A stretch of 64,000 nucleotides of DNA from the human T2T-CHM13v2.0 reference genome, Homo sapiens (GCF_009914755.1 NC_060932.1); one strand, 5' to 3'; shown: positions 49,019 through 61,899, counted from the stretch's first letter. Notes: generated by a model from the letters alone, not told the origin. Numbers and translations: made by a program.

Positions 49019-50732
49019 ACTGGCCTAAATTTAAGTACCCTTCTCTCTGTCAAGATGCTTCACTCTGTATTTTGTCGGGGTAGCACCTTCTCCCAGAAGG
49101 TAGATGGACAATTTCAGAGCAATCATGAGATTTAGGATGTTGCCTAGAATTCCAAGAGTTGATCATAAATACTTTGTTACCAAGATGTAAAAGGTAGAAG
49201 TTTAACAAAACTTCTTCCACAAAGAAGTAACAGCATTACTTTCACAGAAAAAAATGAAAATGAGGACAGTAAAGTCAAGTCTGTGGTTGCGTTTTGTGGA
49301 GGGAATCTGCATTCTAGCTGGCCTGGAACCGCAGGGGACATACAGACTATGAAGGCAAGCAAGAAGCATGAAGTCCCTCTGCAGGTGTTAAGTTGACTAA
49401 TGAGCCTGAAAAAGAATGGCCTTATCCCCAATAAATGTCGCTTCTTCCATGAAGACTGCTTTGATAACATTCCCCTCATCCCAACACTTCATGCCACTGT
49501 TATGGTGTCATCTCCTAGCAGAACTTGCAAATGCCCTGAGAGCAGGCACTCTGTTCACTCTATTTCCTTTCTTTTCCTTTTTCCCGCCCTAATGGCTATT
49601 TCAGGAACTTGGCATGCAGTGGCTTCTCAACACATGTTTTATTTTGGTAAAATGAAGGAGTAAGTAAGAAAAAAATGGTTGGAGGATGTTACTAATCTTG
49701 ATCCTCTTTAAATCTGGAAGTTTTACTGCCCTTTTAGAATACCAATTGTTCATTGGCACATTGAACCTCATCCCTGAATGTAGTGCAACATGTCCAAATA
49801 TGAACACATTGGCTCCCTCATACCTGATTTTTTGTCTTTGTTTCTTGTTTCTATTAAATGAACCATATTTATCTAACAGCAAAGTTATAAAACTTCAAGT
49901 TAATTTTCATTCCCTCTCCTTTATCACTGTCCTACAGTCAGGTATCACATCCTATTCAGTCTATTTTCAGCATATTAAAAAAAAATTCTGTTCCTACCTT
50001 GCCTTTACTGCTACTACTGCCTTAATTCAGGCCCTCACTATTTCCCCCCGATTTTTTTTCTTCTGGTCTTTTCCATACTTCTTTGCAATGAGGCTCAAAG
50101 TTATTTTAAAACATTTGATCTCAACATGGTGATTCCCTGCTTTCAGGTCCCTCTCTCCTGTTTCTTATAAGATAAAGGTTGTGATGAAGATAAATGCTGA
50201 GGTGAGTAATCAGAGGTGAGCAGAAGACAGAGAAAAAAAGACAAAGAGAGAGGGGAGTCAGGGTTAGATAAGAGGCAGTTATAGTAAGAAGAAATTATAT
50301 GGTACCATTCATAAATGAACAGAAAATGAGAATGAAGAAAGGGGAAAAGGAAATGTATGATGGTGAAAGGCAATGTCTGGTGGAGATTCAAGGTCAACTG
50401 AGAACTGATCTTTCATAGGCCAGGGAAGGAGTTCAGTTCCAAAGTCTAGCAGACTTTCCTAAAATCATTCATTTTTAAGTTATCAGTAATGCTAACAGTA
50501 ACTTAAAAGTTGGTTTTTATAATTTAGGTTGACTAACTTCTGCCTGACACAACCTTGCTACTTTGCTCCATAGCATACTAAAGAATAGTGGTGCTAAATA
50601 ACTTATAAAATTAGCTGCAGTGGAAATTATCTCTATAAAAGGAGAAGGTCTGTTGAAACTATCATTATTCTGCCTGCAGAATAATGCAAATATCTTTGGA
50701 GACTTGAAAGTAGGCAGAGGGGAGGAAAGTGG

Positions 50733-51135
50733 GTATCTTAGTCTGTTTTATGCTGCTATTGAAGAATATCATAGAATGGGTAATTTATAATGAACAGAAA
50801 TTAGATCAGAGTTCTGGAGACAGGGAAGTTCAAGAGCATGGCACCAGCAATTTGCAAGGAACTAAGGAACTTCATGCTGCATCATCCCATGGCAGAAGGT
50901 GGAAGGGCAAGAGATGGTGAGAGCAAGAGAGCAGGAGGGGACCAAACTCCTTTTTATAACAAACTCATTTTTGAGATAATTAACCCATTCCTTTGATAAT
51001 CATATTAATCCATTCCTGATGGCAGAACCCTCATGATTTAATTACCTCATATTAGGCCCCACCTTCCAGCAATGTTGCATTGGGGATTAAGTTCTCAACA
51101 CATGAACTTTCGGGTGACATATGCAAAACATTGCA
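50733..51135 (-). mobile_element. MaLR solo LTR, MSTC-like
   Basis: tcttagtctgttttatgctgctat...gctgcatcatcccatggcagaagg...gttgcattggggattaagtt...aaacattgca. Confidence 0.88.
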
Positions 51136-51421
51136 TGGACTAACACTAGGCAGTGGCTAATAGATATTGTTCAGTAATAACACCCAGTATAGTTCCTTAC
51201 ATCTCATCAACCATGCAGAGAACCTTAATAAAAGTAAAGCAGTTAGCATGTAAATAATCCTTCCATTTTGGCCCAAAACCCATGGGCAAAATGTGGTAAA
51301 TATCAGCTTTAGAAAAGTGTATATGTGATTGATAAAGTATTAGTACATTTCAAAACCCTGTTGCATAATTCATCCATAAGCCTGGACCGAATTAACCACA
51401 GGCTTTAAAAAGATGCCAATA

Positions 51422-51697
51422 GGCCAGGCGTGGTGGCTCACGCCTGTAATCTCAGGGAGGCCGAGGCGGGCAGATAACTAGGTCAGGAGATGGAGACCAT
51501 CCTGGCTAACACAGTGAAACCCCATCTCTACTAAAAAATACAAAAAAAAGTTAGCCGGGTGTGGTGGCGGGCGCCTGTAGCCCCAGCTACTGGAGAGGCT
51601 GAGGCAGAAGAATGGCATGAACCTGGGAGGCGGAGATCGCACCACTGCACTCCAGCCTGGGCAACACAGTGGGACTCCATCTCAACAGAAAAAAAAA
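51422..51697 (+). mobile_element. AluY-like with two small internal deletions
   Basis: gagaccatcctggctaacac and gaatggcatgaacc diagnostics; lacks cacttt and cttgcagtgagccgag; TSD core gccaata. Confidence 0.93.
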
Positions 51698-53724
51698 GCC
51701 AATAATGAAAATACTTTATTGGGTTTCACTTTGTGAAAATAGCAGAATAGGGGTAATATATACCTAAAATCTACCCTCTTTCCAAAAAACCGATGGTGGC
51801 ACATTCTGGCTCCTCTAAGCCCAGAATTCTCTCTCCACTCTGACTTCCTCAGAAACTGTACTCTTCTGTGATTTGGGCATGTTTTGCAGGACCCAGAAGA
51901 TCTTGGACAGTGTGCATGAGTGCACTTCACTGGGGCTAAAGCAGTCCTCTGGAAGCTCTGACATTAGCCTCAGAACTGCATTCTCTCAAGACAGCTTTAT
52001 CCCTGGGAAATCATGGTATATTTAAGACCCATCTATGGTTGAGAATAAATCCGAGTAGGTGAAAATGAGCGCTTTTTGATTTCTGAGCTGATACTTCATG
52101 GTACTAAAATAGCAATATTATTTCTACCCCCACTTATCAAGGAACTACTTTGCATTTGAAAATTCAGAGGAAACTTCTTACCATCTGTGAATAGGTTTTA
52201 TTTTTTGTTAACTCTATAGAGGTTATCCTAACAATTAAAATAGTCTTAGAGGCAGAGACAGAGAGTAGGGATCCTAGAGATTTAGTACAAACTCTATGAC
52301 TTTCAGATTAGGAAAATTGACCAAGGAGAACTTGTCCAAGGGGACACAGCAAATATGTGGTACAAACACATCTGGAACATAACTCTAGATTTCTGGACTC
52401 CCATTTCTTTTAACCTCTAAGAGATTCCATTATGCCTGGGCATGCCTTAGTTGAATGGTGTATAAATTTGAGGGCTATACATTGATTCAGGATATAGGCA
52501 GTTCCATCCTTACCAAGTCATTTTTATAGGAGAAATTGTACCTTTCTCTCATGCTTTTTCTCCTGACATCTTTTCCCTAAGCACAAAGAGTTCTCATATC
52601 TACCGTCCTTTGTCGTCTCAGAGTTTCCTTAGAGCACCCCTGAAGGAGTTTCACCTGGGAAAGTCGCCTGTGCTTGATCCATTGATTTTATGTATCCTCC
52701 CTCTAAGTCCTCCTTGGGTCATTTCTTTTTAGCTCCTTGTCACTTTGGAAGAGGATCTGATGAATGCATCACTTCTGGGGTGTTAATGACTCTTTATGAC
52801 GCCTTGTTCCCCTGTGCCTCTTTTCACACCCCTTCACCAATCAGCTACTCAGGTCCATCTTTATCAGAGGGCAACAGAAAAAGCCAAAATAGATGCACTA
52901 CTAATCATATTATATTGTAAAATAAATTTTTTAGAAATAATTTTAGACTCACAGCTATTGTAAAAATAGTGCGGAAAGTTCAAATGTATGCTTTGACCAG
53001 GCTAACATGATCAGTGATAACATCTTACGTAACCATAGTACATTAACCTGTTGAGGACACTGGTGAGAGGAGACTCCTGAGAGCGAGCTGCTTTCTTGGA
53101 AAGCGAGGGCTGTCTTGTGGGCATCTCTGTGTAGCACCCAGTGCAGGGTGGACCTGCTCTGACTTTAGCCCCCTTAGTCTTTTTCCAGTTTTAATTTATG
53201 ATGCTTTCATGATTTTCCACAAACAGATGAACAAATAAACACAGAAGGAAGGTTGTGCTTGAATTGACCTGACCAGAGGACAAACTGATCCTAAACTGGA
53301 CTCTCTCACCAGTAATGGATTCTCTAATGTTGACTCTTGGGGCTGGCCCATTTCTTTTGATCCCCAGCAATTTCCTAGGTCTTATTTTGAGGTTTGCTTA
53401 GTAAAGGCAATATTTTTAAAATGTTAATATATTCATGAATTATTCTGAAGTTATTGTATGGAAAGGAAAGTGTTTGGGATTTTGGAGTGGTTGGCGGTTG
53501 ATGGTATTCAAACCCATTTTGATAAGGCCTTGATGCAGTGAATTTTTTTTTTAACATGCCTTTTTCTTACAGCAGTTATTTTCATGCATTCAAAGAACAA
53601 ATTCAGTTTTATATGCCAGTATTATTTTAAATATAGTACAGTACTGTGAAGGCTAGTGGGGAACATTGAAATGAAAACTCTAGTTTGTTAACTGAACACT
53701 TCACTTTCTTTTTTCAGTGTGGGG

Positions 53725-53952
53725 CAGGATTTCTCAACATCATCTCTGTTGGCTCTTTGGATCAGATAATTCTTTGTTGTAGGGGGCTGTCCCGTGCATT
53801 GTGGGGTGTTTAGCAACATTCTTGGCCACTAACCACTAATGTCACTTCCTACCCCACACCACACCTCCTGCAGTCTCGAGCATCAGAAATGTCTCCAGAC
53901 ATTGCCAAATGTCCCTTGGGGGACAAAAGCCACCCCAAGTTGAGAGTCACTG
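53725..53952 (+). mobile_element. MER20 hAT-Charlie MITE, full length
   Basis: caggatttctcaac...gataattctttgttgt...aaatgtctccagacattgccaaatgtccc...gttgagagtcactg; TSD-like gtgtgggg / atgtggag. Confidence 0.92.
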
Positions 53953-54274
53953 ATGTGGAGTAATGGAAGGAAGACTAGATGGGTGTTGTGAGGCTTTGGT
54001 TCTGGTTTTATTTCTGGCACAAATAAGCTGAGTGGCTTAATCCTTCATCTATAGAAGGAGGAACTTTGTCTGAAAAAGCTTGAAGGTCATTGCCAGCCCT
54101 AAAATTCCTTTATTAAAAAAATACTGAAAGATGAAAAAAAATACTTAAAGATGAAATTTATCATCACACTAATGGTAAATTCTGTGTACTGTTAAATAGC
54201 AACAAGACGTCATGGAAGCCCTTTCTAAAGCTGGTGCTGGAGAAAAGCATTATTTACAGAGTAAGGGTGTTGCT

Positions 54275-54493
54275 GTTTTGTTTTGTTTTTAAATTCTGTG
54301 TTCGAATACAGTTGGGAACTTTCCTATTCAAAAAGTTAAACAGGCTCCCTTTTTCTGTGGTACTTCTTAAGCCTTTAATGTGCTGATGTGCACTGGGAAT
54401 CTTTAAGAGGTAGCTTTGCAGTATTCTGCAAATTTTTGATCATGGAACACTGTTTTCACAGAGTATCTTAACATAAAACATTTTGTGAAACAG
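54275..54493 (-). mobile_element. MER103C-like hAT fragment
   Basis: aaagttaaacagg...gcctttaatgtgctgatgtgcactgggaatct. Confidence 0.7.
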
Positions 54494-54569
54494 TAGGATG
54501 AGGCATGAGTTTTGCTGGGTAGATTATGTTTTAGTGTTTTTTATTATATTCTTTTTAAATTGCTCTTAC

Positions 54570-55110
54570 ATTAATTCAGCATCTATTTACTTATTGGGTA
54601 TTGGTATGTGTGAGGCACTAAGGTTATAGCAATAGCATGGGGTGGGCAGTATGCTCTGAGCATAACCTGTAAAATTTGCATCCTGTCTCTTATATTTTGT
54701 TGGTAGACTATTTTGCCTTTCTGGATGTAAACATCAGCCTTTCCTGAAGATGGGAGAACTTATGCAGAAGTTGAGAAATAGGAGAGGCCCATTAGGAGGG
54801 ACAGCCCACGGTGGGTCTGACATGCCATGTGAAGGGCCAGGGCTTTGTCCTGTAGGCAGCGCGAAGGCACTGTAGAGTTTTAGCAGTGGATTTGCGTTTT
54901 AGCAGTGGATTTTCATTTTAGCTTACTCTGGCCACTGCATACTTTTGAGTAGGCAAAGACTGAAATTCAGCCAGAAGATAATAGAGTTTAAACCAAGACA
55001 GTTGAAATAGTGTTGGAAAAGAGGAGAAGGATTCAGAAAATGTTTGGAAATAAAGTTGGCAGGAGTTGTTGAAGTTTGGGTATATGAGAGAAAAAGAGGT
55101 AGAAGTGCAG
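54570..55110 (-). mobile_element. L2 remnant
   Basis: ctttgtcctgtaggcagcgcgaaggcactg...gagaaggattcagaaaatgtttgg. Confidence 0.65.
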
Positions 55111-55176
55111 TTTGGGTGAGTAGGAGAATTCATCCATTAATTCTACAGGAATTTATTGAGCTCCTACTTTGCTGGG

Positions 55177-55709
55177 TGTATTAGGGTTCTCTAGAGGGAC
55201 AGAACTAATAGGATATATGTGTATATGAACAAGAGTTTATTAAGGAGAATTGACTCACACGATCACAAGGTAAAGTCCCATGATAGGCAATCTGCAAGTT
55301 GAGGAACAAGGAAGCCAGCAGTGGATCATCCCGAGTCCCAAAACCTCAAAAGTAGGGAAGCTGACAGTGCAGCCTTCAGTCTGTGGCCAAAGGCCCGAGA
55401 GCCCTTGGCAAACCACTACTCTGAGTCCAAGGGTCCAAAAGCTGAAGAACATGGAGTCTGATATTCGAGGGCAGGAAGCATCCAGTACAGAAGAAAGGTG
55501 GAGGTCAGAAGACTTAGCAAGTCTGCTTTATCCTAGCCTCACTGGCCATTGCTTAGATGGTGCCCACCCAGATTGAGGGTGGGTCTGCCTCTTCCCGTCC
55601 ACTGACTCAAATGTTAATCTCCTTTGGCAACACCCTCAAAGACACATCCAAGAATAATACTTTGCATCCTTCAATCCAATCAAGTTGACACTTAATATTA
55701 ACCATGACA
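55177..55709 (-). mobile_element. MLT2A (MLT2A2-like) LTR, the 3' LTR of a HERV-L
   Basis: tgtattagggttctctagagggacagaactaatagg...caatccaatcaagttgacacttaatattaaccatgaca; polypurine tract (minus strand gacaaggggtgaact) directly adjacent. Confidence 0.93.
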
Positions 55710-57398
55710 AGTTCACCCCTTGTCAACTTGAACCCATACACATCTCCTGAAATCGTATATAATCTCCAAATAAAGACAATAATTATGCCTAATATAATAC
55801 AGCTATCTCTTGTGCAACCCGGAGCACACTAATTGTTAACCTAAATGCTATTACATAAAGTTAACAATACTTAAATACTGATATGAAGTCAATAACTCTT
55901 ACGTCACATGACAAAGGAAAAAGAAAATGAAGATATTTTCTTAGTGCAAGTGTATACATCTACATATTCTTAACAAAATTAGGAGGAAATATTCACAACA
56001 ATTACAGTCCTCTTTCTGTAGCTGGTCACGTGGTTGTAGCTGGTATTGATGACTACCTTTTTCTACTACCTATTCTGTATTCCCTTTGCCTTCAGCAAGC
56101 ACCTCAGTGGGTCGTAGTTTTTTACTTGGTGTAGTGACCCAAACCTTCACTCCTGAAGGGTCTGGGCCATTTGTAGTCATGCCTGGATTGGGTTGTTGTA
56201 GTTTCCCATTGACCATAATCACAAGGCATGGTAATACTAAGAGATGCCGTAAGGATCTCCTGTATTCCATGCATACTCTTCCTTACCTCCATTATGGGAT
56301 AATAGACTAATTTTATCTTGATAATCCGGATCAGTTGCCCCGGCCAACACTGTAACTCCCTTCTTAGCCTGTTGACTTAGAGGTAGGCAGAGCCCAAAGT
56401 GTCCAGATGGCAACCTTAACTTCCAATTTAATAGAATCATTGTTGTGCCTCCTGGCAACATTCCTCCCTCTGGAACTAAGACTTCTAAGCCAGCAGAATA
56501 TAATGTAGCAGGAACAGAAAACAAGAATTTTGCTAGTGGGTCACTAGGGGTGATGGTGAGTGATGCCACTTCCATTTCCACCCCTTGTTTTTTGGACCTG
56601 TGAATCCTGGCTATGGGAGAAACAGTACCATGTATTGGATGCTGATTCAGATCATACACAGCCTTCTGGAGAACTTCACTCGAGCCCTGCAAAGCCCTGC
56701 AAAGTATTGTCGCCTAGTTGGCATTGTAATTGTGACTTCAAAAGTCATTCCACCATTCTATCAATCCAGCTGCTTCAGGATGATGGGTAACATAGTAAGA
56801 CCAGTGAATTCCATGAGCATGCACACATTGCCACACTTTTTTAGCCATAGAGTGAGTGTCTTGGTCAGAGGCAATGCTGTGTGGAATACCATGACGGTGG
56901 ATAAGACATTCCATGAATCCATGGATGGTAGTCTTGGCAGAAGCATTGCGTGCAGAATGGGCAAACCCATATGTCTATTCCGGTGCAGACAAACTGCTGC
57001 CCTTTCCATGATGGAAAAGGTCCAATATAATCGACCTGCCACCAAGTAGCTGGCTGATCTCCCTGAGGAATGGTGCCATATCAAGGGCTCAGTGTTGGTC
57101 CCGGCTGCTGGCAAATTAGGCACTCAGCAGTGGCTGTAGCCGGGTCAGCTTGGTGAGTGGAAGCCCATGTTGCTGAGCCCATGTGTAACCTCCATCTCTG
57201 CCACCATGGCCACTTTGTTCATGGGCCCATTGAGCAATGACAGGGGTGGCTGGGGAAAGAGGCTGAGTGGTGTCCATAGAATGAGTTATCCTGTCCACTT
57301 GATTATTAAAATCCCCCTCTGCTGAGGTCACCCTTTGGTGAGCACTCACATTGGATACAAATATTTTCACAGTTTTTGACCACTCAGAGGTCCATCCT
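55710..57398 (-). mobile_element. HERV-L internal region, 5'-truncated: RNase H end, integrase and dUTPase-like remnants (frameshifted)
   Basis: Track ORF 57116-57370 (VSAHQ...NNQVD...WAHEQSGHGGRDG: RNase H end and HHCC histidines); 56237-56692 (LRLPSGHFG...LAGATDPDYQD: dUTPase-like motif); 56070-56270 (C-terminal KVWV segment). Confidence 0.92.
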
Positions 57399-58649
57399 TA
57401 AAATTTTGTATATACATATTATCCCATTATCAAATATTGTCAAATTGCCCTCATAGCACCATAGCTGCATGGTAAGATGGGCAATTAAACAAGCAACAGT
57501 GATAGAAGGTGGTAAGTGCCACAGTATGGCAGCTACATGCTTCTATAGGGGCTCATTTGAGGGCAACCGTCCTGGTCTAGGAAGCCAAGGATGGCTTTCT
57601 GGAGAGATTCAGTTTATTCCTACTAAAAAGAAGATTAACTGCATGCTAGAGATTATAAGGATGGGGTTGGGATGAGGTATATTACAAGCTGAGGAAGTAC
57701 ATGTGAAAGCCTGAAGAGTAGTGTTACTCTTTTTTTTAAGAAACGTGATGTGACTTCCTTTAACTTCTGAATTCATTTGCTAATGAATCCTGTTTTTATG
57801 GAGTTATCCTGTAAAATAACCCAAAGACAAAGACATGGCTTTTTTAATGTATATGTGTTTTTAGAAATAAATCATTGAAAAGCTCAGTAATCCCTTTGGA
57901 GAACAGCTTTAGCATTGATGCTGTCAAGACCCTTGTCAAAAGAATAAACCAAACCTGATTGGCCTGGTGGATAAACTCATTCCATACATAACTGAATAGT
58001 TAGAGACTGTACAGAAATGCAGTTTTGCCTTTCATCTTAATATGTAGTCTGATGATTTGTAAAAACCTTCTTAGTGGGAACAGCAGGTTATTCTGCCTGG
58101 GTGGGAGCCTTTTTACTAGCTTAAGCAGCTGTTTAAACTTTCATAAGCAAAGTAATTATTAAATGTTTCATGAACATATTGGTTGGAACGTTTGTTCACA
58201 TTTTAACCTTGAGTTGGAAAGTTTCAGGGGGGTGGGGTTAAAGAGTTTTAAGCTGGCAAATTCATTCTTTTTTTCTTTCTTATTATAAACTTTTTATGGC
58301 TTAGAACCAGCCAACCTAAATCATGGAAGGAAAAATACATGTGTGGCAAGCATGAGACATTTCATTGTTTATTTTTCAAATTTCTGAAATGTGCTCATAG
58401 CTGTGCATGCCTCTGGGCTCATAAAGACAGCAAATGGAAATAGCTGAAGCCAGACAGACTGTTTTAGATAGATAGCCACCCAGGTAGGCAAGGAAAACCT
58501 TGTAGGTTACTCTTTCCTCCAATCAAGTCATATTAATTTGCCAAAATGGGATTTTCAAGCAGGAGGATGTGATCTTTCATAGGTCTGAACACCTTGCCTT
58601 TTTCAATGATGGAGCCATTTAATAATAATCATAATCAGAAGATGAGGAA

Positions 58650-58895
58650 TAATATACATTTATAGAATACTTAGTACATGGCAAGTGTATATGACACATA
58701 GTAGTCTACGTGTTTCTCATACATTATCTCCTTTAATGTTCACCACAACCTTGTCAAACAAGCAATGCTGTTATATCCATATAACAGATGAAGAAACGAA
58801 GGCTTAGAGAGGTCACAGAATTTGCAAAGCTTCTGAGTGGCTGAGCTGGGATTTAAATTCATCTGTCCTATCCAAGAACAATTCATTATCCTGTA
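58650..58895 (-). mobile_element. MIR SINE
   Basis: ccatataacagatgaagaaacgaaggcttagagagg...gagctgggatttaaa. Confidence 0.85.
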
Positions 58896-59204
58896 CTTCT
58901 TAGTGCCTTTTTATTCTAGTTTGTGAAGTGCTGCTACCTAAAGAGTTTCCCATTTTACTCTAAATGAAAAAGAAAACCAGGACAACCATCAGCATCAACA
59001 GCAACTAATGCTTGTTGAACAACTACTATGTGCAGGACGCTATGTTATAAGCTTGGGAAATATTCTGGGATGAGAATAAAGAAGATAAAAGGGTCCTTGC
59101 CCGTGGCTGGTGAGGAAAATAGGCAGTAAGTTCTAGAGCTCACACTGTGCAGCACTAGTGCAGGGCCTGCAGCACTGTGTCCTTGCTGGCCCAGTACTAA
59201 TGTC

Positions 59205-59395
59205 TGCATATAGTACTTTACAATTTGTAATGTGCCCTCACTGATATTGTCCCACATAATCCCAACAATAGGACTGATAATAATGATTCCCACTTTAAAG
59301 ATGAGGAAGCTGAGATTCAGAGGGACAAAATAATTGGACTAAGGTCAGGCACACACCAAAATAAGTGGAAAATACGATTCAAAATGTGGTTCTCT
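59205..59395 (-). mobile_element. MIR SINE
   Basis: cccactttaaagatgaggaagctgagattcagagg. Confidence 0.8.
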
Positions 59396-59539
59396 ATAAC
59401 TTGCTGTAGTCATTACCTAGAGCCCTGCAATTTTATATAGCATAAAATAAATGCTTTAAGGATTACCTGAAACACAACCTTAAAAAATGAAAGCCTTTAA
59501 ATAATAATAATTACAATATAGTGAAGTAATGAGAGCAAT

Positions 59540-60040
59540 TTTAGTAGTTTTAAAATATGTCCACATTTTTTTTTAAAATTTCTGTTTAAAAGGTGGAGCC
59601 GAATTCTCTTCCCCTGCATGTGTACTGTACTTAGTGTCTGACTTCTAGTGAACAGAATATTGCAGAAGTGCTGGGTTATGGCAGCCAAGATTAGAACATA
59701 AAATGCAGTGTAGCTTCCTCCTTGCTCTTTCTCTTGCATCACTTGCTCTGGGAGAAGCCAGCTGCCACGCTGGGAGGAGCACTTGGAGAGGTCCAGGTGG
59801 TAAGACACTGACTTCTTCTGCTATTAACCAGTACAAACTAGCTAACAAGTAAATCCAACAGGTCCAGTCTAGGCTTCAGATGACTTCAACCCTGGCCAAT
59901 ATTTTGACCACAACCTTATCAGAGACCCTAAGCCAGAACCACCCAGCTATGCCACTCCCAGATTCTTGACTCACAAGAACAGTGTGAGATAATAACTGTT
60001 TATTGTTTTAAGCCACTAAGTTTTGGGGTAAACTAATACA
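59540..60040 (+). mobile_element. MaLR solo LTR, MLT1F-like
   Basis: ctctgggagaagccagctgccac...taagccagaaccacccagcta...ttttaagccactaagttttgggg...aactaataca; perfect 5-bp TSD gcaat (59535-59539 / 60041-60045). Confidence 0.9.
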
Positions 60041-61772
60041 GCAATTAAAGGGCACAAGATACACAGAAAGGAATAACTGTGTCTAAGCTGTCACAAAAGA
60101 TGGGTACTAAAATGTGACAAATATGAGTAGGAACTTATAGGTGGACAAGGAATTTATTGGGAGGTGTTCTGGGCAAAGAGGCAAGTGTATGCAAAAAAGT
60201 GTGGAAGTGTGCCACAGCAAGGTACATTTATGAAACTGCACAGTACAGCACAAGATAAAAATCACACCAAGAAATGTAATATATCATAATATAACAACAA
60301 ATGTTCTTAAGAGTGACTTTGAGTCTGCAAGAAATTTAGTTCTATATGGACTATTTTAAAAGATAGGAAAGCAATTAAAACATTGTTTGAAATATTTACT
60401 TCAAAATTTTTTTAAAGTACTGTATAAATTTTTAGTTAGAGTCTAAGCTATCCAGAAAAGCCACTTCCCTGTTTTCTTACTTCACTAGAACTGTCTGGTT
60501 CCATGTTTTGAAAACTTTAGTTTAAATGTAGAGCCAAGAATTAACTAATGAAGAACACCTGGATTTTCTGCAGGATTTCACTGCACCAATTCTGTTACAA
60601 CAATCAGGTAGAAATTAACATTTTATAACCAATTATATGTTTTACTTGGCATCATGCTAACCAACTGAATTTTTACAAAAGAGAATTGGCCAAATTGACT
60701 CATTATTCTCCACCATACCTCACTCATTGACTGACTATTTATTGAGTGCCGTCCGTGTGTTACCCACTGTGATAGGCCCATAAAACAACCCTTTATGGTT
60801 GCAAAAATCACTTTGCATCCCAGTTGCAGCTCTACTGTTTTCTAGAGTTAATAGAAGTTCCTGGTGAAAAAAACTATGCTTAGTTTTTTTCTAAGCATGT
60901 TTAACTTGGGTTTTTAATTAAAATTAATACCTACTCATTTGAAATAAAGAGAAAAGTGAAAAGAAGTTTTACTTGGAAATACATTAATTGAAAGACAGTT
61001 GCTGTTAGCATCTTGCTGCACTTCTTTCACTCTATTTTCTTCTATGAGTATCTTTATAAAGTTATAATATTTTATAGATACTGTCAAATCTAATTGTTGT
61101 TTAACATCAGGCAAAATATCCCTTGAAACAGAATTTTTAATGTATTTAAGTTATTCTAACAAATGGATATCCTGCAATTTACTTAACCTGGTATTAGATG
61201 TTTTGATTATACATGAATCTTTCAGGAAAAATGATGTCATAGTTAAATAAATATGTAGCTAGTGAATTTTGAATGTGTCTTTTGAACTGTTTATGGGCTT
61301 TGTGATAATTGGGTAATTTTAAATGATAATCAGTAGGAAGCTTAGGAAGAGGTTAACATGGTTTCTCTCCCTTCCAAGAGAACTGCCTTTGTAAGATTCT
61401 GAGATGACCACTGTGGCCATGTGCCCAAGTGTGCTGTCACAGTTATACTGTCAGTTAAATTAAGCATGAATGATTGGATGGAGAACATTATTATTCTCTG
61501 CACATTCTTGATTCTTAATTTAAGGTTAAACTAATTTAATGTCATGTGAATTTTTAGCAGCAATTATGGACAGTTAATGCATGTTCTTCCTTAGTTATGC
61601 CTCATCTCTTTGCAAAATTACAATATTTCATTCCAAATTTCTTCTGACCAGATTTGGAAGTAGCTCTCTCTTCTCTTTTCCCTCAATGTTTATATCAGAA
61701 GGGTTTTGAGTTTATACTGTAAATCTCCATTTGTGTATTTTCATAATAAGACTCTAAGAACCTTGACTGGTT

Positions 61773-61819
61773 ATGAGGGCACTGGAATCAAAGCAAATGA
61801 GGGCACTGGAATCAAAGCA
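61773..61819. repeat. Perfect tandem duplication, 24-bp period
   Basis: atgagggcactggaatcaaagca at 61773-61795 and 61797-61819. Confidence 0.97.
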
Positions 61820-61899
61820 CTGGACCCAGTGCTTTCTCCATCCTTCAGGGGATATTGTACAGACAATAGAGATGCTATCTTAACATCTCTGTTTGAGTT

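Noticed and set aside
49686-50132. 148-aa hydrophobic ORF
   Set aside because: T-rich intronic/L2 sequence yields L/F/I/S-rich pseudo-membrane peptides; no family signature.
56585-57049. 154-aa plus-strand ORF
   Set aside because: Antisense shadow of the HERV-L integrase region.
59140-59182. Nested short palindromes and repeats (gcactagtgc, tgcagcact twice)
   Set aside because: Arms are 10 bp or less, at an L2/MIR boundary; too short to distinguish from chance.
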